Source: Balanoglossus misakiensis (taxonomy: Eukaryota; Animalia; Hemichordata). Taken from it: a DNA stretch of 64,000 nucleotides. The notes below the pieces were generated by a model. That model made no database searches. It worked only from the letters and a program-made list of their open reading frames with translations, and was not told the origin of the DNA. The DNA lies in contig CM082583.2 of NCBI GenBank assembly GCA_040954595.2, positions 5,392,849-5,456,848 on the forward strand, read 5' to 3'. This document shows positions 52,452 through 64,000 of this stretch, piece after piece. Both the position numbers and the translations under genes were made by a program. Position 1 is the first letter of the stretch. Each line of letters opens with the position of its first letter.

Positions 52452-54785
52452 TTAAGGCAGTGTGGATTTTTATATTCATCTCTGTATCGTGACAGAATTT
52501 TTTTTCATTGAAATGGACGGTGTCTATCTACTCCAGCTTTTCATAAAACTGCATCAGGGACGTCAATTATGTGTGAAGCCAAGATTGAAATATCAGTTTG
52601 AGGCTATCAAATTTTTGTCTCCTTGATATCAAGACTCACTGTTGATTCGTGTAACCGTACTCCACGCGATGGGCTGTGCTGTGATTTTTCGACCTTCCTG
52701 ACCCCCGTTCGAGTACCCCCTAGGTCGTGTGTAATTCTATACACCCTTGGCGTTTATTCAGGCTCGCCATCCATCCATCCATCGTGTAGGAGTTGATCTT
52801 CTCAGAATGCTGGTAGTCAAACTCTTTCATCCCCTGTTTCACTGTATGTTGGTCCAGCCTTACCACTGAAAACAGTGCAGACTGAACTAAGTTGTGAGGG
52901 GGGGGGGGGGGGGGTAAGCTGCAAGTAGTCCATGATTAGCTTGAGTGAACTTTCTCACGTTTTAATAACGGGCACATAATGTGGGAAATAAAACTTTATT
53001 TTTTTCTTTTGTGTGGTGTGTCGTTTGAATGAACAAAAGTGGAGGAAACAGAACTTTAGTCCTATGCGGGTACAAAGTGGTGTAATTGAATTTTTTAAAG
53101 AGCGGGCAGAGAAGAGGGTTCACCGGCAGAATATATCTCATATTTCATAGCTCAGTGGATGTGGTGTGTTTTGTCAAGCAGAGGGACACAGGAACGAGAA
53201 ACGACAGCAAGTGGAGATAAAGCTGTTTGCTTTTGTGCGTGTTCTGAAAAGCCTTGTGGGACTCTGCCACATTTGCGGCGTACGTGGTGGGCCGTAGTTT
53301 TTGAATGCATGCCCACAATGGGGTCAGGGCTGGCGTTTCTCTCAAAGCGAGGGGCTTATATTTGCCGTTTGAAATTTCCAACGCCTGAGTAGCCAAATCA
53401 AAGCACGTCCTTCAAATCTCAAATCGGTCAGGATGAATACTGAATGGGAGTTTTCAGTTGGTGCTGTGTCGGTTTTTGTCAGAACATCTGATCGAACAGT
53501 GTTCACAGTTGACGATGGTGTTCAGTTTTCACTTGTGAAACTGCTGCTGCCATGATGCCCTGCTTGTAAATTATTTAAATGGGACCCTTTTTGGAGATAG
53601 AGAGGGAGAGAGAAAGAGAGACAGAGAAAGAGAGACGGAGTAAGAGAAAGCATAGCCCTGTTGAGTATGACAAACACATAGAGGCAAATAGCAGCTATTA
53701 CACCATAAGGCCCTTATTTTACGTGGTTCTTTGTTCCATATTCCCCCCCCCCTCCCGAATGACTTTCATTATGCTCTTTATCCGCATGTGTCAGTGTGAA
53801 TGGTTTCGGGTATGGCTGCCTGCATTGTGCCGTCCTTTTGTTGCTCCGCTCGGCTCGGCATAATGGAAGCTACTTATTTCAAGTATCCCTATCTTTTAAT
53901 GTCTACTAGTCCTGAATTACACCGTTTGATTCCACGCGGGCTTTTGTTGAATTCTTTTTTTTTTGGACCCGAGCTTTCTGCTGGCCGTCTGGGGGTTGGG
54001 AGTTCTTTTGTTCCCTGCTGGGAATAACTCATGAATAATTACAGCAATCAAGTGAAAATGAGCTGTTTGGTGTGAATGATTGTTTATTTAGTCGGCTAAA
54101 ATTGTCTGATTAATTCGCAAATTAAATTCCAGTCAGTGGTGTCGTCATTGTCTGAGGGCTTCCGTGGATTACCTTGACCCCGAATGGATATTTTTTTTTT
54201 CTTCAGAGGCTCAAAATTTTGAAAAATGATGTCGCATCGGTAATTATTTTTGAATAACTCGTGATTTATCACTGTTTGCCGGAACACTTCTTTGTCTCTT
54301 AGTGATGAATTCCAAGGGCTTAAAAGATAGCGGCGTGGATGGGCTAGTCAATTATAGGATTTAAGCGAGTCAATTCCTCAATGTATCGCGCCAAATGTTG
54401 CTATCTAGCGTGGGGTTTGTTTTGAGAGGATGATGGGTGAAGAAAAAAAGGGGACGCATTTCATTTTTTTTTCTTCGGTAACACTGATCGAGCGAGTCAT
54501 TGAAGAATAATCCGCGACGTTGAAATTCCAATTAAATTATCGTTCCATTTGGAAGGGGTGTCTTTGTGTAAAGGAGGCTGAGGGGATTGTATGATTAAAC
54601 AGCCGGGGCACTTTGTGTTCGGGATATGCGACTCTCGTTTCACCCTCCCCCCAGAGTACTGTGTCTGAAAGCATTACGCCACACATGACTGGGCTGACTG
54701 TCATTACTGAAGCACACACAGAGATGCTGTTCCGCACAGTGCCTGTAGGCCCCCTTAGAAACGAAAAGCAGCCTTTCAGTTGTTA

Positions 54786-54994
54786 CTGTAAAACACTTTA
54801 TTTTCGCGAGTTGAAATTTTCGCAATATCGAGAGAGTGTCCATTGTTTCGCGAGTATTAATTTTCGCATTCTCTTATTACATTCACTGCATCGTTATCTT
54901 CAAAACAAAATTACGCGACTTTTTATTTTCACGCTATTTTGGCTCTCGCGTATTTCGCAAAAAATTTATTGCTCGCGAAAATAGTGTTTTACAG
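54786..54994. mobile_element. 209-bp TA-target MITE (Tc1/mariner-like or unclassified DNA-TA)
   Basis: Seen: TIR CTGTAAAACACT(TT)ATTTTCGCGAG with a 2-nt indel between ends. TA at 54784-54785 and 54995-54996. Internal repeated TTTCGC(G/A) motifs. The superfamily assignment is inference from the TA TSD. Confidence 0.85.
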
Positions 54995-57900
54995 TATTTT
55001 TTCTTTGATTTTTTTTACATCTTCTCTGCTTTGGCAGTAAGTGGTTTTCGCTTCAGCGACAGAGAACATTCCAACTGGCCCAAATTTGCACAAGTACGTT
55101 GTATCGCATCACTTGAGCATGATGTTCGTCAGACTGAAGACGTTCGCTCTTTAGCCGGACTGTTTAAACACAGTCATCAATTTTTGATTTTAATACATTT
55201 CGTTGGCATTTAAAACGAAAAAGGTTGGTCACTGCCGGAAGATGCTGGATCAAAAATGATACGGCCACTTCAGACATCGCCACCCGGAAACCCGTGAAAA
55301 TATGATATTATGCAGTTCATTTGCTGTTTTTAGGCTTATTGTAAAATGCTTTAGGTGATTTCAGAAATGGGAAAAAAGGCCAGGCTTTATGAAGATGACT
55401 CAACACGCATCAATCTTTAAGTAGATGGCATAGATAGTTTAATGTATCAATTCGCTTTGAAGTTAACATTTCTTGGTCGTGTCGAAATGTCGAGGATAAT
55501 CCTGTTTGCCAATCCTTGTCGCTCTTGTCCATTTTTTTAGGGTGCGTGTGATTAATTAAAGGGTTGTGTATCGCAAAATACCTGAGTGTCTGAAGCCGCT
55601 TGTCGATTTAATCTCCGCTCGGAGCATGCCAGGGTCATGCATTTCACCTGTACCTGCGCTTATCGGAGTTGTCAGATAAGATTGGAACGTACCATTTATC
55701 ACTCTACCTTTATCCAGTAATAAAAAAAGGGGGGGGGGACAAATTTGTTCGCTGTGACACTGATAGAGATAATTAATTCTGACTGACACAGCCGCCGCTG
55801 TGAAATCCGGAGGAGTACAGAACAAGTGTTATTTAATCAATCCCGTGTGCTGTGCGGTATTTTTAGACGGAGGGAAATGGTCACTACTTATCACGTAGTC
55901 ATTTCCACCGAAGCTTCCTTGTAAATCGCCTTTTTTGTGTGCAGTCTCACCTAGCATGCCAGGTACGCTAAAGAGGGATAATGCAGCCACTCAGAGTTTT
56001 ACATTGGGAGGTGTTTACACCAGAATTATTCTCCCTCTCAGTAATGGTTGGTCAGAGGTTATCGTTGTGCAAACAACTTCCGCAGTTTGTCGCTCTTTTT
56101 TTTTTACACTGTAGTGTTCACAAACATGCATTGGACAGTTTGCGTGTCTTATATACATGGCTTTTGTTTCTCTTGAGTCAGCTGCCTGCGCCGTGAAAGG
56201 TTTCTTGTCACGCTAAACAGTTTTTTTTTTTGAAGAACAAAGGTGTGTGTATTGAGTCCTTTGGATGAGGGCTGGGTTATATTATGGCCGTGTACACACA
56301 CAGGCATTCATGGTTGGCCTAACTGTTCAAGAAGGAGAAGAAAAAAAAAAACGGGGGCACTTGTTTCCGATGAGGGATAATTCATGAGGCGGCCTCATGC
56401 GGAGACGGTTGGCCTCTATCAGGCCACTCTGCAGGTGTAGAATGTTTGAATTCTACAGATGCCAGGGTTGCAGGTTAATATCTGTCGGCTCACCGCATGC
56501 CCCGCGCACAAAGATAATCTGATGCGCTTTATTGGGGCGTTGTCGTAGCCCTGACTCATAAAAAGGTTTTATACAGCAACTCTATTTTAGTGAGAAAGAT
56601 AAACTGTAACTTTGAGAAAAATCAAAGGTGTGAAAATCCTGCTTGCTTTTATTACCAAAGAAAATAAAAGTAGTCGAAAAGGGAATGGTTCGGGAGAGGA
56701 AATTTAGACTTGTGTTTTATCGAGCGCCGTTTAGGGGATATCCCTTAAAGCGGTATCTGCTTTCTGTCCTGATGGTAAGCATTAAAACTACACATTAACA
56801 AGACCCGCAGTCTTGTTATCATCAGTCGTCAAATAACTATGAGGCATAGAAAAAAAGAGCGCGGTTCCTTGCATTGAGCGGTTTTATACCGAGAGCTTGG
56901 TGCTTGATATTAATGGCAATTTTCAACGCGAGCTATGCTGCCTAATTGGGGTAGTGAGGGTCATTTAGTTGTTTGATAGAGCAAGATAAAAGTGTAAGCA
57001 GCAGTAAATGTGAGTCTTTAAGATGAAATAATTACTACGCAAACATATTTTAAATGTAGCAGTCGTAGCGAAATGATGTACTTTCCAGTGGTTGAACTAT
57101 TTCCTTCCATTCAATATAAAAAAAAACTGAAATGCTTGATTCCTAAATAAACCGCATTACGTGTCAAGGCCAAAGCGTGTGTGTGTGTGCGTTGATGGAA
57201 TTGATGGAGTCGAGTGGCTGCTGGCTTAATTACGTTGGGAAGTTGACTAGAAATTACCCTATCATCCCCGCTCCGGTAAAATGGCTGAGTCCTGACATCA
57301 GTGTAATTGCCTCAACTGCTGAATTTTTTTATGTGAGTCGGTTTCTCGGTGTATGATGCCTGTCCTTAAAGCTAATCACGTGATTGTATGGAAATACGAA
57401 GGGGGAGTTTGCCCCTATACAAAGTGGTTAAGTTGTCTGGTGAAATGAAGTTGAGCATTACAGGCCATTTTCCTTTGATCACTCGAACCCCGTTCAAGTA
57501 TCTGTCGTGGTAGATCTTTACTCGCCCCAGACACTTGTGAGTGTGTCTCAATTTCCTCCCGTTGTGAACCGAGTGTACAACTTCTGCAAATGCGATCAGA
57601 ATAACACCGGGTTTGGATTACAGCCGGCCGCATTCCAGTTGGTGGTTTTTCAACCGCCACTGAGTTTTATATTGATTTAGTGCTTGCTTTAAAAAAAAAA
57701 GAAGTTCATTTCACTCCTTGAGTTGAACCCTGCCAGTTGTCGACGTTGCCATTGCCACCGCGATCACCCCTAATACAAAATTGCTCATGCTTTGTAATTT
57801 GATTGGAGATTAAATTGACAGAATCGACAGTTGAACTAAAAGACCCCGTTCGTTCGTCGGCTTGATAAGTAACAGCGATGAAGGTCCCTCGTAAGCGAGC

Positions 57901-58186
57901 GCAGAGGTGGCACTGCATACGATAGTGAGGCGGCGTCGGCAAGTGAGAAGGGGAGAGAGCAAAAAAAAAAACGGCGGACAGTGTGTCAGTTTCTGTTACA
58001 GGGGAATAAATCAGCCAGCCTGCGTGTACACTGCGGGAGATGCATGCTGGGAAGTGTTGAAATGAGAACAGCAAGCGCTGAATTGCTAAACGTCAGATAA
58101 ATTTGGAGTGAGATGCATTTTTCTGTGGATGGCCGACGGAGCTGGCTGTTAGACTCTCTGTCTCCACAACTAAGTACAAAGTCAAA

Positions 58187-58222
58187 ATGACGATCGCTCG
58201 GATAGAGAGCGTATCACAGAAG
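58187..58222 (+). CDS. Possible alternative first coding exon MTIARIESVSQK (phase-0 donor); product unknown
   Basis: Seen: CAAAATG start context and 12 codons ending at a strong AAG|GTAAGA donor (58222/58223). No homology recognised. Confidence 0.3.
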
Positions 58223-61200
58223 GTAAGAGGGCACCAAGTCCTGTTCAGCTGTCGCGTCTCGACCATTGCCTAGTGACTTTATCAGACAACTGGGCCGGGC
58301 GTAAATTCAAATTTATTTTTGACTAATTGTCTGGTCGATAAGACACTAGGCAAATAGGGTGTGTTTTTTAAGTGTGTGCCTAAATTCTAAAGGCGTTAAC
58401 CAGGGCTTGAATGAGTTTCAGATAAATCGTTTTTTTTCTCTCTCTCTCCTTTGGAAGGCTACTTTTAATGGGTAGGATAGTTGACATTTCTTTGCACTGC
58501 CAGCGTTGGAATTTTACAGTGTCGTTTGAATGAGTTTCAGTGTGTCATCAGCAGATTATGGCTTCCTATGAAGGGAAGATTGTGATATAAATCTTGAAGC
58601 GACCACGTAAAATTGATTTGACCTTCGGTTCTCCCGTAATACCGCACTGTATGCAGAGACATAGCCTTGATGTGTGCATGTTGAGATTTTTTATTAAAGG
58701 TTCTTTTTTTATTAAGGTTCTGTGACTAATATTGATGCTCAGTGACTGTCCTTCTCGTGTACTGTCTGACATTTTATGACTTAGCTGCGTTACTAACTCT
58801 GTCAGGAGAATGTCTTGTTTTGCACCGTAGAAAATGATTTCATGGTTTTGTGCTCACCCAGGCTAATTTAGCTCAGTGGGTAAAATAAAGAGCCTCCTAG
58901 ATAGAGATCAGGTTAGTTTGGGTTATTCAGGTCAATATTTACCCTCAGGGACTTTTCTGTATAAAAAATGAAGTGTGAAAAATGCAGATGCAAATTTGTA
59001 GTGACGACCCCCCCCCCCCCTCCTCCCACTCCCTCCACCATAAAAAATAACAAATTGGATGGATTATTTCAGAAACCCAGTCTTCCAAAAAGTCATTTCA
59101 TTTGAAAATCGCCCTGGGTTTATTTTGATGGAATTTATTTATTTTGCATCTTGTTCATTTGTGGCATGTTTATTTTCCATGCCACTAGTCGGGGGCTGAC
59201 ACTGTGTCAACTTTATGTTAACCTTTCTGAGGAAATAGAGTTGTGAGTGTTAGTTCCATCGGTGTGTAATAATACCCACCCAGCTATGTGGGGGATATTA
59301 GGTGGGCCGCTTAACTCGCCGCAAATAATCGCAAGGAAAGAATTTTATCTGGGTAATGTGTTGATAATAGATAAAACGTTGATGTAGATGTTTTTGCACA
59401 TATCATGGATTTCTGGAAGGCTGTATGAAGGCCCTACAACCTTCTACTGGGCTATGAAATCTGCAGTAAAGCAGACAACTATCATTGTGCTGATCAAAGC
59501 AGGGTGAAACTGTTCACCAAAAAAAATCTCGTGTTGATCAAAGGGGCTTATACAGGCAGGGGTGAGAGCAAAACTGGAATTCTCAACATGCTTGAAGCAA
59601 AGAAGAACAGGAAATGTTTTTCAGAAGAGAAGAGCTGAAATTAAAAAGTCAAAAGTCGCATCGACTGCGGTGAAGGATATGAAACCTTCACTGTCGTTTA
59701 AAGATAAAAATCGAGCACAAGCGATAAGGCCTACATAGACGGGAACATGTGCAGCACATTTTATATTATTAGTAACAGGTTAGCAGAATTGATGAAATGT
59801 TCAGTGTTTTTTAGACATCAGTTTCTGTTAGGAAGTATGAATTAACCTCTTTCAGGACTGTGATTTGCCTCGCATACCTGTTTCATGTACTTCTTGGATG
59901 GAGACAAAAACGGCCTTGGAAGAGGCTGCAGAGGGAAAAGCTTCCAGTCCCACTGTTGCCATGCGTTTATGGGAAACTGGGAGAAATTTTATTCATTGGC
60001 GCTGGGGCAGTTAAATCCTATCAGTAGAAGGAATGCACCATGTAATTACAGTTAGCTGTGCTCAGGATTTTTCATTCCCTTCTAAGTTTATGCGGTTAAA
60101 CTTTGCAAGTGATGCTGTAGTACTAATAACCATTGGCGGTGGAATTTTTGACTTGTAATTGCCCAGGCAATATTGGTATTTCTCTGGCTCAGACTGTTTA
60201 TGGTCATGCGCCATTGATCAGTTATCGGTCAAGCTTTGTGGAATTCCAGATTTGGAAATTTTAATCATCTCAGTGCCCGAGAGTGTTATAATATTGATCT
60301 TGTGAATGGGCAGAGTGAGTCAGGCATGTTTGGGATCATTTAGAGGTTTAAAAAATCGCCAGACTTGCGTAGACTTTAATTTTAACTGTCAAGGGTCGTA
60401 AATTGTGATCTCGCGGGGCGTACCGAGTCGTAGGTGCGACAGATAAAAAAAAATGCCATCAGGGGGTGTTAACTGCAAAATTCTTCCTGGTTCGTGAATA
60501 GCGAGTGGGAGACGGTCTTTCAAGTGAGACGCCAGCCCCTTCACAAACAAGACATGAAGCGTTCCATAAATTTCATTAAAAGGTCCTTTGAAATATTAAA
60601 CCTGACGACATGCCAACTGGCGGGATATAATTTAGATTGACAGCTGGTGTGCATCCGTGGGTTGAATGGTTGAAAAACAGCCTGATCCTATCCATACATT
60701 CGATTTATACAGTCGTCAATGGCCAGGCACGAGTGTATTCTAGTGCAGGCTAATATGAGCCACTAAAATTGCAATTAGATCGGGGGGAAACGAAATAGGG
60801 TTGTCTGAGAGAGAAATGGAATATACATATTGCTCACTTTAATCGAATATGGTTCTTATCGCGGTTTGTCTGGTGAGCATGAGTAGTTAGGAAAATTACT
60901 GTTATCGTTTCATTCACGGCAGTGATGACTGAGAAAATGTATCTTTTTTGTTGGAGGTCATCACTGCAGCTTTTTATGGATAATGATCTGGAAACAGCGC
61001 TGTCTGAGTGATGGTTTGATTGTGTTACCGCAGATTAGGTTTTTCGGTTTTTGATGTAGGCGGGGGAAGTTGTTTACTCACGGCTGATCTGTTTGTGTTA
61101 TGGACGGGGGAGAAGAGGCCGCAGATTGGCAATCTGATGAAAAATTTAACAAAATCCGTTTATGTTTGTTCCGTTTTCGCCGAGCGGTGGCTTCTCGGAG

Positions 61201-62940
61201 AGGCAGATGGGTGGAAGTGGTTTTTCCGCTTTTCAGGTAAACAACGAAAACGTCTGTCGGCCTCACCTGCAGTCGGTTTGGATCGACGCCAGCTTTGAAT
61301 GCTGCTCAGCAGGTGAAAAAGACGAGATGTTGTTAATTTTTCGCGGTCGTCGTCGGGTGGGCCTCGGCTCCCGGTGAAATCATCCAGGTTTGGTATACGT
61401 GCTTGTCAACCGTCGTAAGAACCACAGGATTTTTTTTGACGCACGTAGGCCTTTGTGTGTGTGCGTGCATGTCTGTGGAGCCGTTCCCAGTGAGACTGTT
61501 TTCCTGTTTCCTGCGAGAAGTGTCACGGAATATTTTATCTCTGTGTACGTGAATTAGCTTCTCTTGCATTATTTCAGGGTCTGAGTTCAGTTATTGGATA
61601 TTCGGCATGACTTTTGTCACACCAATGACCCCCTTTCCTTAGCGATCATCTACGCGCTCGACTGCTTCTTTCATCATTCTCTTTGTGATAAATTCTCCCG
61701 AGCAGTGTTCCAGATGCAAATGCAATTTCCAAATTTTTTTTTTGCTAGTTTGTATTTTTTTCCCTAGGATAATAAGCAAGGTCTATTTTTTTAGTGCAAA
61801 ACCATTTTGGTGACATTTTCGTTGAATTTTTTTGTACATAATTGTAATAAATTATATCTTATGTAAATAGTGTAATTGGGGAAAAAATATTATTCCCACA
61901 TTTTCTCTCATATTGAGCTCAGAAAAGAATTTCTAATCAATGTAAAAATTGATCTTGCAAAAATTGATCCAGTACTCGGCTGAGAGAGAAAAACACTGCA
62001 GTTGTGGGGAATGCTTCAGTCGTAGCAGTTGCACACACACACTGTGGACGTTCATTTATCACTTGTCAAATTGCAACTGTTGAATTATTCCACTCACATC
62101 TGCGCGCTGCACAAATAAGCCGCCCTTTTCTCTCTACCCCGCTTCTCCGCTGAGCTGTTTCCAGAATTACTATCGCAGTCCAGTCCATCGAGATAAGGAA
62201 AATTGACAGTGAGCGAACACAGCGTAATTGCCTGCAAGACGTTGCAGGATTCTGATTCCCTCGCACAAGAGCCATCAGTCTGGAATTTGCCCGATATAAC
62301 AAGAAGTGGCCTATGCTGTTGTAGTACGCTGTATTCACTTCACACACGGTTTAATAAAAGTACAGGCACAGTGGTACTTGCACCTTCAAATGACATCTCT
62401 CTCTCTCTTCCACTATAATTGTGCAATTTTTATTGATTTCATGCGATACAGTCAGAGATTGATAATAATCTGTATGCCCAGCCATGTAAGTGTTTGAACG
62501 ATGGCATTTTTTTTTAAATATTTTTTTTGGTTAAAACCAAGCATGGTTTATTGATGCGGTGAATTGCTGTTTACCTCGGATAAATGATTTTATGCAGTTG
62601 AGATTGCAGTCTGCTGTGATATTTGCATACACCGGGGTAACCACATTATATACAGCAGCAATTCCGTCATAATTTGATTTACAAGCTATTGAAAATAACA
62701 TTAGCCAGATTTATTAGACCATAATTCATATCTTTACCGTATTATCTGAAAGAGAGCTTACTTGTAAGTTAGTTTATCTGCCTGCTTTTTCTCTCTCCTA
62801 GTTCATCACGTAATTTTTTTAATAGACTCTTTCCTTCATTACTTAAATTCAAATTTAAAAATTACGAAATATTCAGGTTATGCAGAGTATCTTTCTCTTT
62901 GTTCTGAAACTGTGTTTGATTTCTCTCTGTCACCTTTCAG

Positions 62941-63100
62941 GGATTAGAATCTCCCAATTTGCTAATATCATGATCACAGATGACATACTCCACTCTGAAA
63001 AGTGCCACGATCGCAACGTATAGCCCAGTCGCCATCGAAAACATTTATACATCGAAATTACATTCGGCATCCGAGGGGCTAAAGCCCCACGGCATCATGG
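62941..63100 (+). other. Putative exon containing ORF MTYSTLKSATIATYSPVAIENIYTSKLHSASEGLKPHGIM (ATG 62980)
   Basis: Seen: strong acceptor TTTCTCTCTGTCACCTTTCAG|G at 62940/62941, a rise in GC/CpG after it, and a possible donor TGG|GTAATG at 63100/63101. Product not recognised; the 3' boundary is uncertain. Confidence 0.4.
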
Positions 63101-63390
63101 GTAATGAATCCACGGAGAATTGCACGAAAGCTTTCCACTTGCACCTCAATCACTCTCCTCTCTCAGATATCAGGCAACCAATCTTTTAACAGATAGCCTT
63201 ATCAATAACCAAGAAATTGCATAAAATGAAAAAAAAAAAATCCTGCTCTTTAAAGAAAAGAGCCGCAGGTAGTGTTCTTGTTGGATGTTTATTGTTATTT
63301 CAGACCTATGTTTGTTTATGGGTGTTCGTAAATTTAGTATGCGCGCTTGTCAAATATATAATCATGTGAAGAATTCATGGCATAGTTTTA

Positions 63391-63470
63391 GATGATTTTA
63401 AGCTAAAAATTATGATTTTTAGCTGAAAAGGATGATTTTAATCAAAAAGAGATGATTTTTAGCACAAAAA
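63391..63470. repeat. 20-bp minisatellite, 4 diverged copies (consensus ~GATGATTTTWAGCWAAAAAR)
   Basis: Seen: units start at 63391, 63411, 63431 and 63451, each with ATGATTTT followed by an A-tract. Confidence 0.85.
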
Positions 63471-64000
63471 ATAAAATCTTTCCGCTGTCATAGCGAGTAT
63501 TCCCCCTCACATTCGCTCATGCCTTCTGATTTTGCTGCAGCCGATTCTCTGACATTGATTGTCATATCATGCAGTAAATACGGCGTCAAGACTATTGATC
63601 CGTTGCCTCTGCTGACACACTCCACTAGTATCCGATAGATGTTAGCCGAAGTACAAATACCCGCCACACCAGCAGTAATGGCTTTTCTGGGCGCAGTTGC
63701 CACGGCGGCAATTCACAATTTCAGACGGGCACCTCGCTCAGTACACGATTTCACCTGGGAGGCACCGAGATCGATGTCATTTCAGAATGATCCAGCTGCA
63801 TATTTTTAGCGTATTTTTTTCTATTCAAGCAGTAAAAGAATTTTTTTTTATAAAACTGAGCTGAGTTAATTTCAGACAACTCAAACGGGTATGATATGGA
63901 TGTCGAATTAGAAAAGACATGTCTAATTGAAAGTTGGCCTGATTCTGAGTGGCAAACTGGAAGTCATTAATGGTTCCGACAAATCTGGGCCAGCTCGTAT

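Noticed and set aside
52548-52570. ACTGCATCAGG resembling miR-217
   Set aside because: Only the 5' half matches and there is no complementary arm.
35327-58186. Exact 18-mer ACTAAGTACAAAGTCAAA at 35327 and 58169
   Set aside because: AT-rich with unrelated flanks; a single such match in 64 kb is plausibly chance.
1691-59020. Numerous G10-G17 and C10-C15 homopolymer runs
   Set aside because: They are G-quadruplex-capable but scattered without pattern, and several are MITE subterminal motifs. Treated as genome background.
1-64000. CRISPR-like arrays and hammerhead, HDV or twister ribozymes
   Set aside because: No regularly spaced repeat-spacer array. The CTGATGA, TCCTCG and AAGCCC cores I noticed lacked the required flanking helices on manual inspection; an Infernal/Rfam scan would be decisive.

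Overview
This is eukaryotic, mostly non-coding DNA of roughly 40% GC (estimated by eye). The repeat content (TIR MITEs with poly-G subtermini, TAGGCCTA and TGACGTCA motifs, microsatellites) suggests an invertebrate deuterostome such as a hemichordate or echinoderm, but that is inference only. I recognise no protein domain, tRNA, rRNA, known miRNA or CRISPR array, and the ORF track is essentially noise. The best-supported features are four non-autonomous DNA transposons with intact TIRs and TSDs (two Harbinger/PIF-type with TTA, one Kolobok-type with TTAA, one TA-TSD element), several microsatellites and a 20-bp minisatellite. A CpG-rich central domain (~11.5-44.7 kb) is flanked by CpG-poorer DNA. 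Promoter and splice signals at its edges suggest two divergently transcribed, long-intron genes: one starting near 13.1 kb on the minus strand and one near 44.0 kb on the plus strand. The plus-strand gene may have several short alternative first coding exons that all end in phase 0. The region is also dense in RFX X-boxes, CRE palindromes and CCAAT boxes. I found no convincing novel system; the gene models and regulatory ideas are hypotheses.
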